A DNA stretch of 64,000 bases from Octopus sinensis (Eukaryota), in the NCBI RefSeq assembly GCF_006345805.1, contig NC_043015.1, positions 33,542,001-33,606,000 of the forward strand, read 5' to 3'. Of the stretch, positions 25,874 through 36,715 are shown piece after piece (within the stretch, counting starts at the first letter, position 1; every line of letters starts with the position of its first letter). Made by a program: the position numbers and the translations under genes. Under the pieces are notes generated by a model, which searched no databases, was not told the origin of the DNA, and saw only the letters and a list, made by a program, of their open reading frames with translations.

Positions 25874-26150
25874 AGGTAGTGGTGGAGGCAGAAGTAATGT
25901 TGCGAAGCATCAGTAAATGTCCAGTTTTCATTGTACCACCTTCCACATTTCACACGAGTTAAGTTCAAATCTGCTTCAATTTGAGAGATTTCAATTTTTT
26001 TTTTAAATTTCATCAACCATTTAATTAGAATATTAATGAAGTAAAAATACACGTAGGATAGAGAATAAGTTAATTACTGAAGTAAACACACAACAAGCAT
26101 GATGATGTGATTACAGTGATTAGGCTAATTAACCACACTAAGTCCTTATG

Positions 26151-26198
<48 letters not shown>

Positions 26199-26413
26199 CA
26201 TTTAACATCCACCTTCCATGCTGGCATGGGTTGGACAGTTTGACAAGAACCGGTCAGACAGAAGCCTGCACTAGACTTCTGTGTTTGGTTTTACAGCTGG
26301 ATGCCCTTCCTAACACCAACCACCCATCAGTGGACAATATACATATATATATATATTGTTTTTGTTTTTTCCAGTTTCAGCTCTTGAGCTGTGGCCATGC
26401 TGGGGCACCGCCA

Positions 26414-26568
26414 TTGTGGTGAAAGAGTACAGCAGGGATCACCACCCCCTGCCGGAGCCTCGTAGAGCTTTTTTAGGTGTTTTCGCTCAATAAACACACA
26501 CAACGCCCGGTCTGAGAATCGAAACCGCGATCCTGCGACCGCGAGTCCGCTGCCCTAACCACTGGGCC

Positions 26569-26570
<2 letters not shown>
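26414..26570 (-). mobile_element. Young CpG-rich tRNA-derived SINE (family E)
   Basis: Reverse strand atggcccagtggttagggcagcggactcgcggtcgcaggatcgcggtttcgattctc: A-box and B-box-like motifs with retained CpGs, next to (TA)n. Confidence 0.75.
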
Positions 26571-26599
<29 letters not shown>

Positions 26600-28137
26600 C
26601 ATATTTATTTATTTATTTGTATCTCTGTCTGGATATATTCTTTTCTAACAGAGACAACAGATCTCATTACAGGAGGGATGTAAGTTATATCAGCCCCCCC
26701 CAAATTACTGGTACTTCATCAACACCAGAAGGACGAAAGATGAAGTTGAGCTTGGTGAGATTTGAAATAAGAAGGTGAAGACATGTAACTAAATACCATG
26801 GGCCAATTTCTTTATCATTCTACTAATTCTGCTAATCAACCTACATTTTGTCAGTCACAGTACCAGTTCTGTCAGTCAATCGCCATTCTCAGTGTCATTC
26901 TTTATAGAACGAAGGGAAAATATCAATGTTTGTCATAAATTAGTAACAGTTGTGATGTTCATTCATTGAAAATATGCTCGAAAATTTTTATTCAGCTTCA
27001 GGTCTGTCTGAAATAAGAAGACTAACAATGAAAGATGTTTGAAGCATGAAAGTTCTATCGTTGTCAACTAGACATTATATTAATGTATGTACATGTTTAC
27101 ATGTTAAGACTTGTAATTAGATGTGTATACATGCATATGTATGTAATATGCAAATACATGTTTTATAATATATATATATATGCATGTAAGTATGTATCAT
27201 TTACATCCACATGTAATATACAACTACATGTGATATATATATATATATACATGCACACATACAAATAGAAACTGCCTAATGCAGTTGTGGTTACATGAAA
27301 CGTTAAAATGCAACATTTGCAAGGAGTGGCAGCACAATAACACCTGCAGCAACTGCATGTCTTTGAGTGAGCAGCTAATCAACTAGAATGGTTCCCCAAC
27401 CACAACCTATTCATGGGATCTGCACAAATTCTGAGCAGTTTTGCGAGGCTTTTTGTTAAAAAGCATGATATAGTCTTAGCAAAAAATTACTTCTACAGAG
27501 ATTACAGAGATGCTTCTACAGATGAAAAAAAAAAGAAGGGAAAAAAAGCATCAAGAAAATGGTAAGAATACCAGAGGGAGTTTTCTTGCAGTTAGCTATA
27601 CACAGGTATTTAAATATATTAGTCAATCTGAAGAATTGGAGACAGCTGGACCAAATTAAGCATTTAACAGTGACCTTGCTTTAATTTTGGTGCTGGTTAT
27701 TTGTTTCAACAAAACCAACTTCACAAAATTTGTGAGATAATGCCTGCTGAACAAATATATTTTACTGTTTTATTCTATTTATTTACATTTTTTTTTTTCC
27801 TGTAGAAGAAATTCCCTAGTTTCTTAATATCTGGAGAATTTTTAACAAAATGCAGGAATTGGTGACTACCAAAGCAGAAAGTTACCTATTTTCCTTTTTT
27901 TCTTTTCCCTCCACTTTCCGCAGCATCTCTGATGGTAGCCATAGTGTGAATTGGGTACAATTTATAGAATATGTTTCTGCTTCTTTCCTGCCTATCATGC
28001 ATGGCAACTTCTCAGATGGCAGTAGAATCTAAAAACTTTGGTTTTTACTAGGTTTCCTTTAAAACTTCTTTCTAAGCTTTGCTTCTATGTTTGAAATTTC
28101 TTCTTTCACTCTTTTATAGATTCAGCTTGGAGATCTA

Positions 28138-28915
28138 CATCATCATCACCATCATCGTTTAACGTCCGTTTTTCATGCTGGCATAGATTGGATGGTTTGT
28201 CTGGAGACTGGCAAGCCAGGAGGCCTCACCAGGCTCCAATCTGATCTGGCAATGTTTCTACAGCTGGATGCCTTTCCTAATGCCAACCACTCCGAGAGTG
28301 TAGTTGGTGCTTTTTATGTACCACTGGCACATAAGCCAGTCAGGCAGCAATGGCAACGAACCACGCATGAATGGTGCTTATTGTGTGCCACCAGCATGAG
28401 AGCTAGTCAGGTGGCACTGGCATCAGCCACAACTACAATTTCCATTTGATTGTGATTTGATTTTTGATTTTGATTTACTTGGCTCAATAGGTCTCCTCAA
28501 GCACAACAAGTTGCCCGATGATTCAAAAGTACTTTTGAAATGGGCTGGTTATGCGACACTGGTATAGGCTATGATCTCACTTTACTTGCCAGGTCTTCTC
28601 AATCACAGCATATCTCCAGAGGTCTCAGTCTTTCATCATTGCCTCTGTTAGGCCCAATGCTTCACGACCTCATCCTATGTCTTCCTGGGTCTCCCTCTAT
28701 CATGGGTTCCTTCCACTGTTAGGGAGTGATACTTCTTTACACAGCTCTCCTCATCCATATGCAACACATGACCATACCAGTGCAGTCGTCTCTCTTGCAC
28801 ACCACATCTGATGCTTCTTATGTCCAACATTTCTCTCAGGGTGCTTACACTTTATTGTGCATGCACACTGATATTTACACATCCAGTGAATCATACTCGC
28901 ATCATTTCTTTCCAT
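28138..28915 (-). mobile_element. 5'-truncated RTE LINE: about 100 codons of ORF C-terminus plus 3' UTR and (ATG)n tail
   Basis: Minus strand SVSTLREMLDIRSIRCGVQERRLHWYGHVLHMDEESCVKKYHSLTVEGTHDRGRPRKT*DEVVKH (RTE RLRWYGHV.RM..RGRPRKTW motifs). Confidence 0.92.
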
Positions 28916-29643
28916 GTCATCTCTTGCTCCTTAAAAGATGTCTGTGTATGTGTTTTGTGTGGTGTATGTGTGTCTGTGTGTGTGTGTGTACGTGCATGCA
29001 TTTGTATTTCATTTTCTTTTAAACCTACTACTGCTTGACATGTGGATTATATGAAATTTCTAATTTTTATGTAACTCCAGCATAAATTTTTCATTGAACA
29101 TTCAAGAATTGTATATTACACTATATAAGAAACACACTCTCAATACACCAACTCAGTTTTGTAACTTTCTGTCCAGTAGATAATCAAAAGCAAAGTGGAT
29201 ATAAATTTTAAAATTTATTTTATTCTAATTCTGAAGAAGCCTCTCGCCTTAATTTTCTGAACTTCATTACCTACATACATGAATGCTCTTTCATTGATAA
29301 TGCTTTTCTATGTATATACTTAAATGTAAATGCTTTCCAAAATAAATCGCACTTCATGTTTGAAGCTCTGATGAAGTTATAGGGTGATACTCAAGCACTC
29401 AGTTGTGAGTGCAGAGCACCCAACAGCAGAAACAGCTTTCTTATTACTGCTCTATACTCAACTGACACATCATACTGAAGTGTATGTATATCGAGTTCTA
29501 ACACCAGGTTATTAGCATTCCAATGCCTAATATATTGTATATACAGATGCATGAAGGTATTCCTGTAGTAATTAGTTTCTCCTGTACATTCTGCCAAATA
29601 TGTACACACACATACATGGAGAGAGGGAGAGGGACAGAGAGAG

Positions 29644-29676
<33 letters not shown>

Positions 29677-30013
29677 TGATAACTTTACTCTTTGCAACCA
29701 ATCTATTCCTCATGTCATTTCAAATATACCAAAAGATTAATGTAGAAAAGCTGATCTCATGAAAAATATCCTTCAGTAATCTAAAGTTGAGAAAATCCAT
29801 ATAAAAAGGATTTACTTTTTGTTTTTTCTTTCTTTCTTTAGCACCCTTTTTTTTTTGTTATTTGTATTTATTTTCATTTTAATCTCAGATTTAAAAAATA
29901 ATCTTAAGAGTTGAGAACTCTCCAGAAGATAAAACTGTGTAAAGATTTAAAGCTTTAGAACAGTTGGCAGATAAGAGGAACTGGTAGAGCAACAGATTTA
30001 ATAGAATCTGGAT

Positions 30014-30341
30014 CAGTGGTTCTCAACCGTGGTCCATATGGCCCTTGAGGTGGCCCATGTAGGATTGGGTCCATGCAAGCAAAAGGGTAAATTGGAGATC
30101 AACAGTAGTGTTTTAATGGTCCAGGAAAAAAAGCTCCTTTGGATGTATTTATTGGATGAAACAGCTTGGTTTCTTTTTCAAATGTTTTACACAGTTCAGC
30201 TTCCACAAGCGAATGAGTGAGAAAGAAAATTGGAATTTTGAAAGAAGTAGCTATAAAACTAGTTTTTAAACATCAAATAACTAATGAGGGCCCATCTGAT
30301 AGAAAAGGGTCCACAAATACAAAATTGGTTTGGAACCGCTA
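30014..30341. mobile_element. Non-autonomous hAT (Charlie-like) MITE
   Basis: TIRs cagtggttctcaacc / ggtttggaaccgcta. 8-bp flanks atctggat / gtctagat fit an NTCTAGAN-type TSD. Confidence 0.8.
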
Positions 30342-30409
30342 GTCTAGATTCCCAAGAAGATCATTTTTACCTTTCACCTTTCCACAGGAAATGAAATAAC
30401 TACCTCTAA

Positions 30410-30660
30410 TGTTATTGGCACTCAGTTGATCTGAGCATTCCAAAGACACGCATAGCCTTAATGTAGTTCTGAGGGAAATTCAGCATGACAGAGAATGTGA
30501 CAAGGTCAGCTCTTTGGAATACAGGTACAACTCTTGCCAGCTGAGTAGACTGGAGCAATGTGAAATAACGTGTCTTGCTCAAGGACATACTGTACCAGTC
30601 ATAGTTGAACTCCTGACCTTATGACCATGACCAAATACCCTAACCACTAAACCATACACC
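30410..30660 (-). mobile_element. SINE family D (CORE-like)
   Basis: ccagctgagtagactggagcaatgtgaaataacgtgtcttgctcaagg..accctaaccactaa. Confidence 0.75.
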
Positions 30661-31658
30661 TTGGGGTAGATATATGTGGTTTCATCTTCCATCAGAAACA
30701 GCAGATGTTTCGATAAATAGAAGCTGACAACCAATGTTACCCAGTGACATCCATCCCAACTAGAGGACAAATTTTCAGAGATAAATATAAGTGCATTAAT
30801 AGTGCTGACATAATAGTTCAACCAAATATTGATAAAGTGAAGTGGTAAGAAGAAGAAAAAGACGGAAAGGGAAAATAAAAGTTTTTACTACTATTTTAGA
30901 TAAATTTCACCAACCACTACCACAACACCGAGCGGAACTGGAAATGAAGTAGAAACAATAGGTAGCGACAACAGGTAACAATAGATAAGGAGAGTAACAG
31001 TGCTAGCATATTTTACTATTTCCCTTCACCACTACTACTACCACTGATTCTTGTTGTGAAATTGGTCAAAAATATTATTGAGATGAAATCTACAGAGCTG
31101 TGTTGACGTCATTCGGTAAATCTCTGGCAATTAATAAAAACTGAAGTATTGTAAGGTTGCAGTGTCTGGGTGTGATCTTGTTTACCAAACAGGCTGTACA
31201 GATGTATGTGGGTGAGGCGGGTGTAAGTGGTAGCTGATGGTCTTCACCACACAAGAGGTGACAATCATTGTGTGCATGTGTGGAAACACACACACATCAC
31301 ATACATAGAATACACACAAATATATTCACAGACCTACACATGCCAAATTTATATATACACACCCAAATGTGTGTTTGTGCTTGCAGCCTCATTAATAAAG
31401 TATACTTATATGTACGTATATGTATTTATAGTGTGTGTATATGTGAATATGTCTGTATGTGTGTGTATAAATACATGCATATGTACACATATATAGGTGT
31501 ATGTGTGTGTGTGTATACATGTGTGCATGTCTACACATGTGCATGTGCATATATGTGTATGTGCACACACACACATTACTGTGTGCGTGTGTGTCTGAGC
31601 TTTTGTCATTTCTCTCTACATAATGCGATAGTTGCAAACAAAATATGACATAAGATTG

Positions 31659-31696
<38 letters not shown>

Positions 31697-32011
31697 CATA
31701 TACATACACACAAAGTATAGGTGTTTAGTTCACAGGTGATCTAAATGATTAGGTACGCTATGTAAATGCTGTAATGGATGGATTAATCCCATACTTGGGG
31801 ATATTCCAGAAACAGCTGTAAGACTTGGAATTTTTTCCAGTAATAATAATATTGTATATGACTTGAGATGTTTGCCTTGCCTTAATGTTTGTTGTCCTCT
31901 TTAACAATTATTTATCTACACAGAAATAATTTACTCTCAAAAGCATGATAATTTTAATACAATAACGTGAACAGGATAAACTATCCATATACTGCAGAAA
32001 AAATTGTTACC

Positions 32012-32083
32012 GGCCAGCCATGAGACTCGAACTCACATCCCTGTGATTACGCGTCAAGTGCTTTACCTTTAAGCTAAACTGCC
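32012..32083 (-). tRNA. tRNA-Thr(CGT)-like gene or pseudogene with non-canonical anticodon arm
   Basis: GGCAGTT TA GCTT AAAGGTA AAGC A CTTGA CGCGTAA TCA(C)AG GGAT GTGAG TTCGAGT CTCAT GGCTGGC C. Acceptor 6/7 pairs including two G-U, perfect D stem, T stem 5/5 with one G-U. Position 33 is G rather than U, and one C is bulged in the anticodon stem. A/B boxes present; T6 about 9 nt downstream. Confidence 0.6.
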
Positions 32084-32158
32084 CAGTAACGAGTCGTTAA
32101 ATTTAACATATGATGAAACAAAATTTGCTCTAGAAGCGTCTTATAAAGCTAGATTTAT

Positions 32159-33100
32159 CATCATCATCATCATCGTCGTTTAACGTCCGTTCTCCATGCT
32201 AGCATGGGTTGGACGGTTCGACCGGGGTTCTGGGAAGCAAGAAGGCTGCACCAGGCTCCAGTCTAATTTGGCAATGTTTCTACAGCTGGATGCCCTTCCT
32301 AACGCCAACCACTCCGTGAGTGTAGTGGGTGCTTTTTACGTGCCACCTGCACAGGTGCCAGGCGGGGCTGGCACGGCCACGGTCAGATTGGTGTATTTTA
32401 TGTGCCACCGGCACAGAAGCCAGTCGAGGCGGTGCTGGCATCGGCCACGAGTCGGATAGTGCTTTTTACGTACCACCAGACCAGGGATCCTGGCTGGTTC
32501 AATTCGATTTCGATTTCGCTTGCCCCAACATGTCTTCACAAGCAAAGGGGGTTGGCAAGGGTGCCTGTCGTACGGTCGCATTGGAGTATTTTACGTGCCA
32601 CGGCCACGAGTCGGATAGTGCTTTTTACGTACCACCAGACCAGGGATCCTGGCTGGTTCAATTCGATTTCGATTTCGCTTGCCCCAACATGTCTTCACAA
32701 GCAAAGGGGGTTGGCATGGGTGCCTGTCGTACGGTCGCATTGGAGTATTTTACGTGCCACGGCCACGAGTCGGATAGTGCTTTTTACGTACCACCAGGCC
32801 AGGGATCCTGGCTGGTTCAATTCGGTTTCGATTTCGATTTCGCTTGCCCCAACATGTCTTCGCAAGCATGGGGGGTTGGCATGGGTGTCTGTCGTCAGAT
32901 GAGGTTCTATATCGACTTCGCTTGCCTCAACCGGTCTTTGTGTCCAAGGGAGGAAAGGCATTCATAAGTGGGCTGGGCTCACTTGTCCTGCCTGGTCTTC
33001 TCACGTACAGAATATTTCCAAAGGTCTCGGTCTCTGGTCATTTCCTCAGTGAGGCCTAAAGTTCGAAGGTCGTGCTTCACCACCTCGTCCCAGGTTTTCC
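32159..33100 (-). mobile_element. Young 5'-truncated RTE LINE with 159-bp x about 2.9 tandem repeat in its 3' UTR
   Basis: 32979-33099 reverse: KTWDEVVKHDLRTLGLTEEMTRDRDLWKYSVREKTRQDK*. Unit ggccacgagtcggatagtg.. at 32443, 32602, 32761. (CAT)n tail at 32159. Confidence 0.92.
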
Positions 33101-33256
33101 TATCCTAAAATTGCAAAACAATTCGTTACTGGGCAGTAATCATCCTGGTTCCAAAAAACAACATGGTTATGTTGAGCAAATGTAGACTGAGATACAGGCG
33201 TCCCAGATGGACGAACAGACAGAATTTCACTTTTATTATTATAGAAAACAACCCAT

Positions 33257-33334
33257 ACAAGACTAGTCCTGTTTCCTTCTTGTAGAATTTTCAGATGAAT
33301 TCAGATGAAGTGAAGGAAACTGGACTAGTTTTGT
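33257..33334. other. Isolated 78-nt hairpin: 23-bp stem, 32-nt loop
   Basis: acaagactagtcctgtttccttc pairs with gaaggaaactggactagttttgt, with one G-U and one U-U on the + strand. Confidence 0.85.
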
Positions 33335-33685
33335 GAGAGACAACATTTTAATTAATAAATATGAACATAAATTTATGTCTATGTAGTAAAGGAAGGGGTT
33401 ATTGCCAATGACTGACACAGCAGTGTCTTTATCAACTACAAAAGAGGTACTCATCGTCTTAAATCAATATCATTCATTATTGGTGATTAAACGTACATTT
33501 TACTTTATTTTTTTTTATTAAATATATTTATATAAAATTTATGATGAAAGTAAACAAAGTTTGCTTTAGAAGCGTTGAAATGTATTGAAAGATAAGGAAA
33601 TAATTTATTCTCAAAACACATGATTATGCTAATACAATAGCAGGAACAGATAAACTTTCCATATATTGCAGAAAAAATCGTTACC

Positions 33686-33748
33686 GGCCAGCCATGAGAC
33701 TTGAACTCACATCCCTGTGATTACACATCAGGTGCTTTACGTTTAAGC
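33686..33748 (-). pseudogene. Second, 5'-truncated tRNA-Thr-like copy (anticodon TGT)
   Basis: gcttaaacgtaaagcacctgatgtgtaatcacagggatgtgagttcaagtctcatggctggcc, followed by the same T6 and about 90 bp of 3' flank shared with the 32012 copy. Confidence 0.7.
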
Positions 33749-34269
33749 ATGAAAATACAAAGTTTGGTAGCTTAGTGTTTTATGTGTAGTCACAGAATAA
33801 AGTAGATTCCTTGGAAAAGAAGCGATGGCATCAAGTAAAGACTTCAACCACAAATTAAAGGTCTCATCCAACCTATGCCAGTATAGAAAAGGTTGATGTA
33901 AAATCAGCAATGATGATGATGATGGTGGTGACAATAGAGATAGAGACACACACACACACACACACACACACACTACACACCTTGTGCCTTTAAACCTCTG
34001 ATGAAGTCATAAGGGTACAGTGATGACATATATCTTGGGTCACTAATCTGGGTGGAGCTCTTTTCTCTCCACACCTGGTCACAACTAATTTTTTTTTTTA
34101 AGGAGAAACAGACATCCCACCACCCCCAGGAGTGAATTGTTATTTTATTATGAATATTACAATGATGAAAACCTTAATTCACCGACCTAAGCAAGATTGA
34201 ACTGTAAACCCTCAATGCTGGACTGAATAGCACACAGAATCCCATCTCATGATTCAACAAATCTACTTA

Positions 34270-34302
<33 letters not shown>

Positions 34303-34459
34303 TATATACATACATGTATACATACATATACACATGTATGCATACACATACACACATACATACACATGCATACATACACACACATGTATACATACAAATA
34401 CATAACACTCATACATACACACACACAAACATATATACTCTTATATTCATATACTTACA

Positions 34460-34605
34460 CACACAGAAACTCAGATACATTCATATACACACATACACAC
34501 ACATATTTACATACACATATTCACACACACACACTCACCACTGTTATTGTAGTTTCCCCTCATTGTTAAGAACCATTCAATAAAAGTTTCCCTTCCCATC
34601 CAAAC
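34460..34605 (+). repeat. Left arm of a dispersed inverted repeat (partner 36561-36715)
   Basis: gtagtttcccctcattgttaagaaccattcaataaaagtttcccttcccatccaaac matches the reverse complement of 36561 onward; similarity extends into the CA-rich flank. Confidence 0.85.
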
Positions 34606-34713
34606 TTATACATAAACACACAGATGTGCTAAAGGGTTTTAATCTCTTTAAAAGAATAAATAACTTGCCTAAGAAACATCAATATTTCTATAACTATTTG
34701 AACTTCAAATCTT

Positions 34714-34744
<31 letters not shown>

Positions 34745-34872
34745 ATGCGCATTGGTTGAATATGTTGTCAAGTGAGACTTCAAGAGACAGTAAGAAAAGA
34801 ATTTCATAACATATTTGATTCTTCTCTCAGTATTGTGTCATCCCACCAGTAAATGGTTTGTTTTTTTATTAA

Positions 34873-35090
34873 CTCTTCAGCATTCAGATTACTCTGTCAA
34901 ATGTAATGCTTATTTATTCATATAGTCTTTAATACATCATGCATTATCTCATGGCTTGAAGATTTCAATAATGCAATTGTTTATTTTCACTTTGACATTG
35001 TAGAGTAGGTGTGAGATGTTGGATCCGGCCAGTTTGACAATAAAAGAGACAATATTTTGGCTGGATATGGGTGGTTCAAACGCTAAAGGG
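34873..35090. mobile_element. TTAA-flanked MITE (piggyBac-like), family F
   Basis: ttaa|ctcttcagcattc ... aacgctaaaggg|ttaa; homologous copies at 46667, 49135, 51451. Confidence 0.8.
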
Positions 35091-35531
35091 TTAAACCTGC
35101 TATAAATAATAACCTTCGTCTGGTATGCATTCATACCTTCAGTCATACATTACATACAACATATGCACACAATACATATATGTATCTAAACAAACATGCA
35201 ATGAAGCAGTGATGTAATACATTCAAAGAAACATAAACATGAGATCATTGTTCCATTAGAGATTCTTGACAATATTTCACATTCCCAGAACCAAGTTAAA
35301 TCCCACTTAATCATTCAATAATAGTTTAAGTTAGATTTCTTTCAACCCACCAACCACATCCAATTTTCTACAACAATCCCTTCAAAGGTTGGTTTTTGCT
35401 TTCTATACCACATGAAAGTAGAGTGCATAAAAGAACCAGTACATGTACCAGCAATTTACTGGTGTCAACTCCAAACCAAACGCAAAGCATGATGTGAAAA
35501 ATACTTTAATAATTCTTTTTCTATCCACCAG

Positions 35532-35623
35532 GAAATCATCAAAAAGGTAGTTGAAGACATGTGCAGCTATCTGCATCACACAAGCTGCAGGAATGTCTCT
35601 GCAGATCACTGCACACTATGGAT
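35532..35623 (+). CDS. Weak candidate exon (EIIKKVVEDMCSYLHHTSCRNVSADHCTLW)
   Basis: Acceptor ttctttttctatccaccag| and donor GAT|gtatgt. Only frame 0 is open, which is phase-compatible with the 23965-24097 candidate. Confidence 0.3.
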
Positions 35624-36560
35624 GTATGTATATGTGACAGTGGTGTATATTCTGTGTAATACTGTCACAGAAATCTGACAGTAGGAATGTGGTGGGGAAG
35701 ATAGCTTTCAAATGTGTATTTTATAGCATCTGTGTATATGTTTGCATGTAGAAATGTTTACGACAATGTTGTGTGTGTGTCTGTGTGTCTGTGTATGCTT
35801 ATTTATTTATGTAGATTGTGTTTGTGTAGGTGTGTATGGAGTATATAAAATAGTGTATTGTCACAGACATGAGACAGTAGGAAAATGGATTTTACCTGTG
35901 TATATTACATTTGTGCGCGTATATGATTGTCACAGGTAGGTGAGTGTGTGTGTGTGTGTGTGTAAGTGATTATATATCAAAGAGTTGCATGTATGTACAC
36001 AGCATTTATGTTAGTATGCTTGTTGCAGCAACTTTTTTGTATGTAAGTAGTAGCAGTAGTAGTATGATTTAGTATGTACATCTCTGTGTATGTTGAGATA
36101 ATTAGTACGTGTATATACCAATGTCATTTCACTAAAGGATGTATAGTTTTGTGTGTGTATATGTATGTGTGCATGCACATGCATATTTGTTTAAATAATT
36201 TTTTTTTACTCTCTTTTCACACAAATGCATTTGTACAGACATATATAGGTATATAAATACATTCCCGTATACACATGAACATATGTACACACACACACAC
36301 AGCAGGTAGTAGTAGAGGCTATAGTAGGACGAGTACAGGCAGCAGTAGATACAGTAGTTAAAGCTGTAATACATAGTAGTAGTAGTAGCAGCAGTACTAG
36401 TAGTAGTCTCAACTCTGTACAATTACCATTATTGATGGAATTGCAGTATTTCTGTCAGGTGTATGGAAAATCCACAGAAATTCTTTGACAGAGTTTTCAT
36501 GTCAACTGAGGAACTTAGCGGTGGTGGTGGTGGTGGTGGTGGTGTAGAAGTGACAGTGAT

Positions 36561-36715
36561 GTTTGGATGGAAAGGGAAACTTATTGAATGATTCTTAACA
36601 ACAAAGGGGAAACTACAACAACAACATCAACAGTGATGAGTGTGTATGCGTGAATATATGTATACAGATATGGGTGTGTATGAGTGTATATGAATGTATC
36701 TATGAGTTTGTGTGC
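36561..36715 (-). repeat. Right arm of the dispersed inverted repeat (partner 34460-34605)
   Basis: gtttggatggaaagggaaacttattgaatgattcttaacaacaaaggggaaactac. Confidence 0.85.

Noticed and set aside
26652-26679. 28-nt exon-like segment with GTAAGT donor
   Set aside because: The donor lies in the reversed tail of a family B SINE.
31780-31840. Penelope-type hammerhead ribozyme (..ccagaaacagctgtaag)
   Set aside because: GAAAC and a stem are present but the CTGANGA core is not. At most a decayed Penelope-like terminus.
34005-34040. Hammerhead core ctgatga + gtcat/atgac stem
   Set aside because: No GAAA after stem II and no stems I/III found. The same applies to the partial motifs at about 29367 and 54500-54530 (-).
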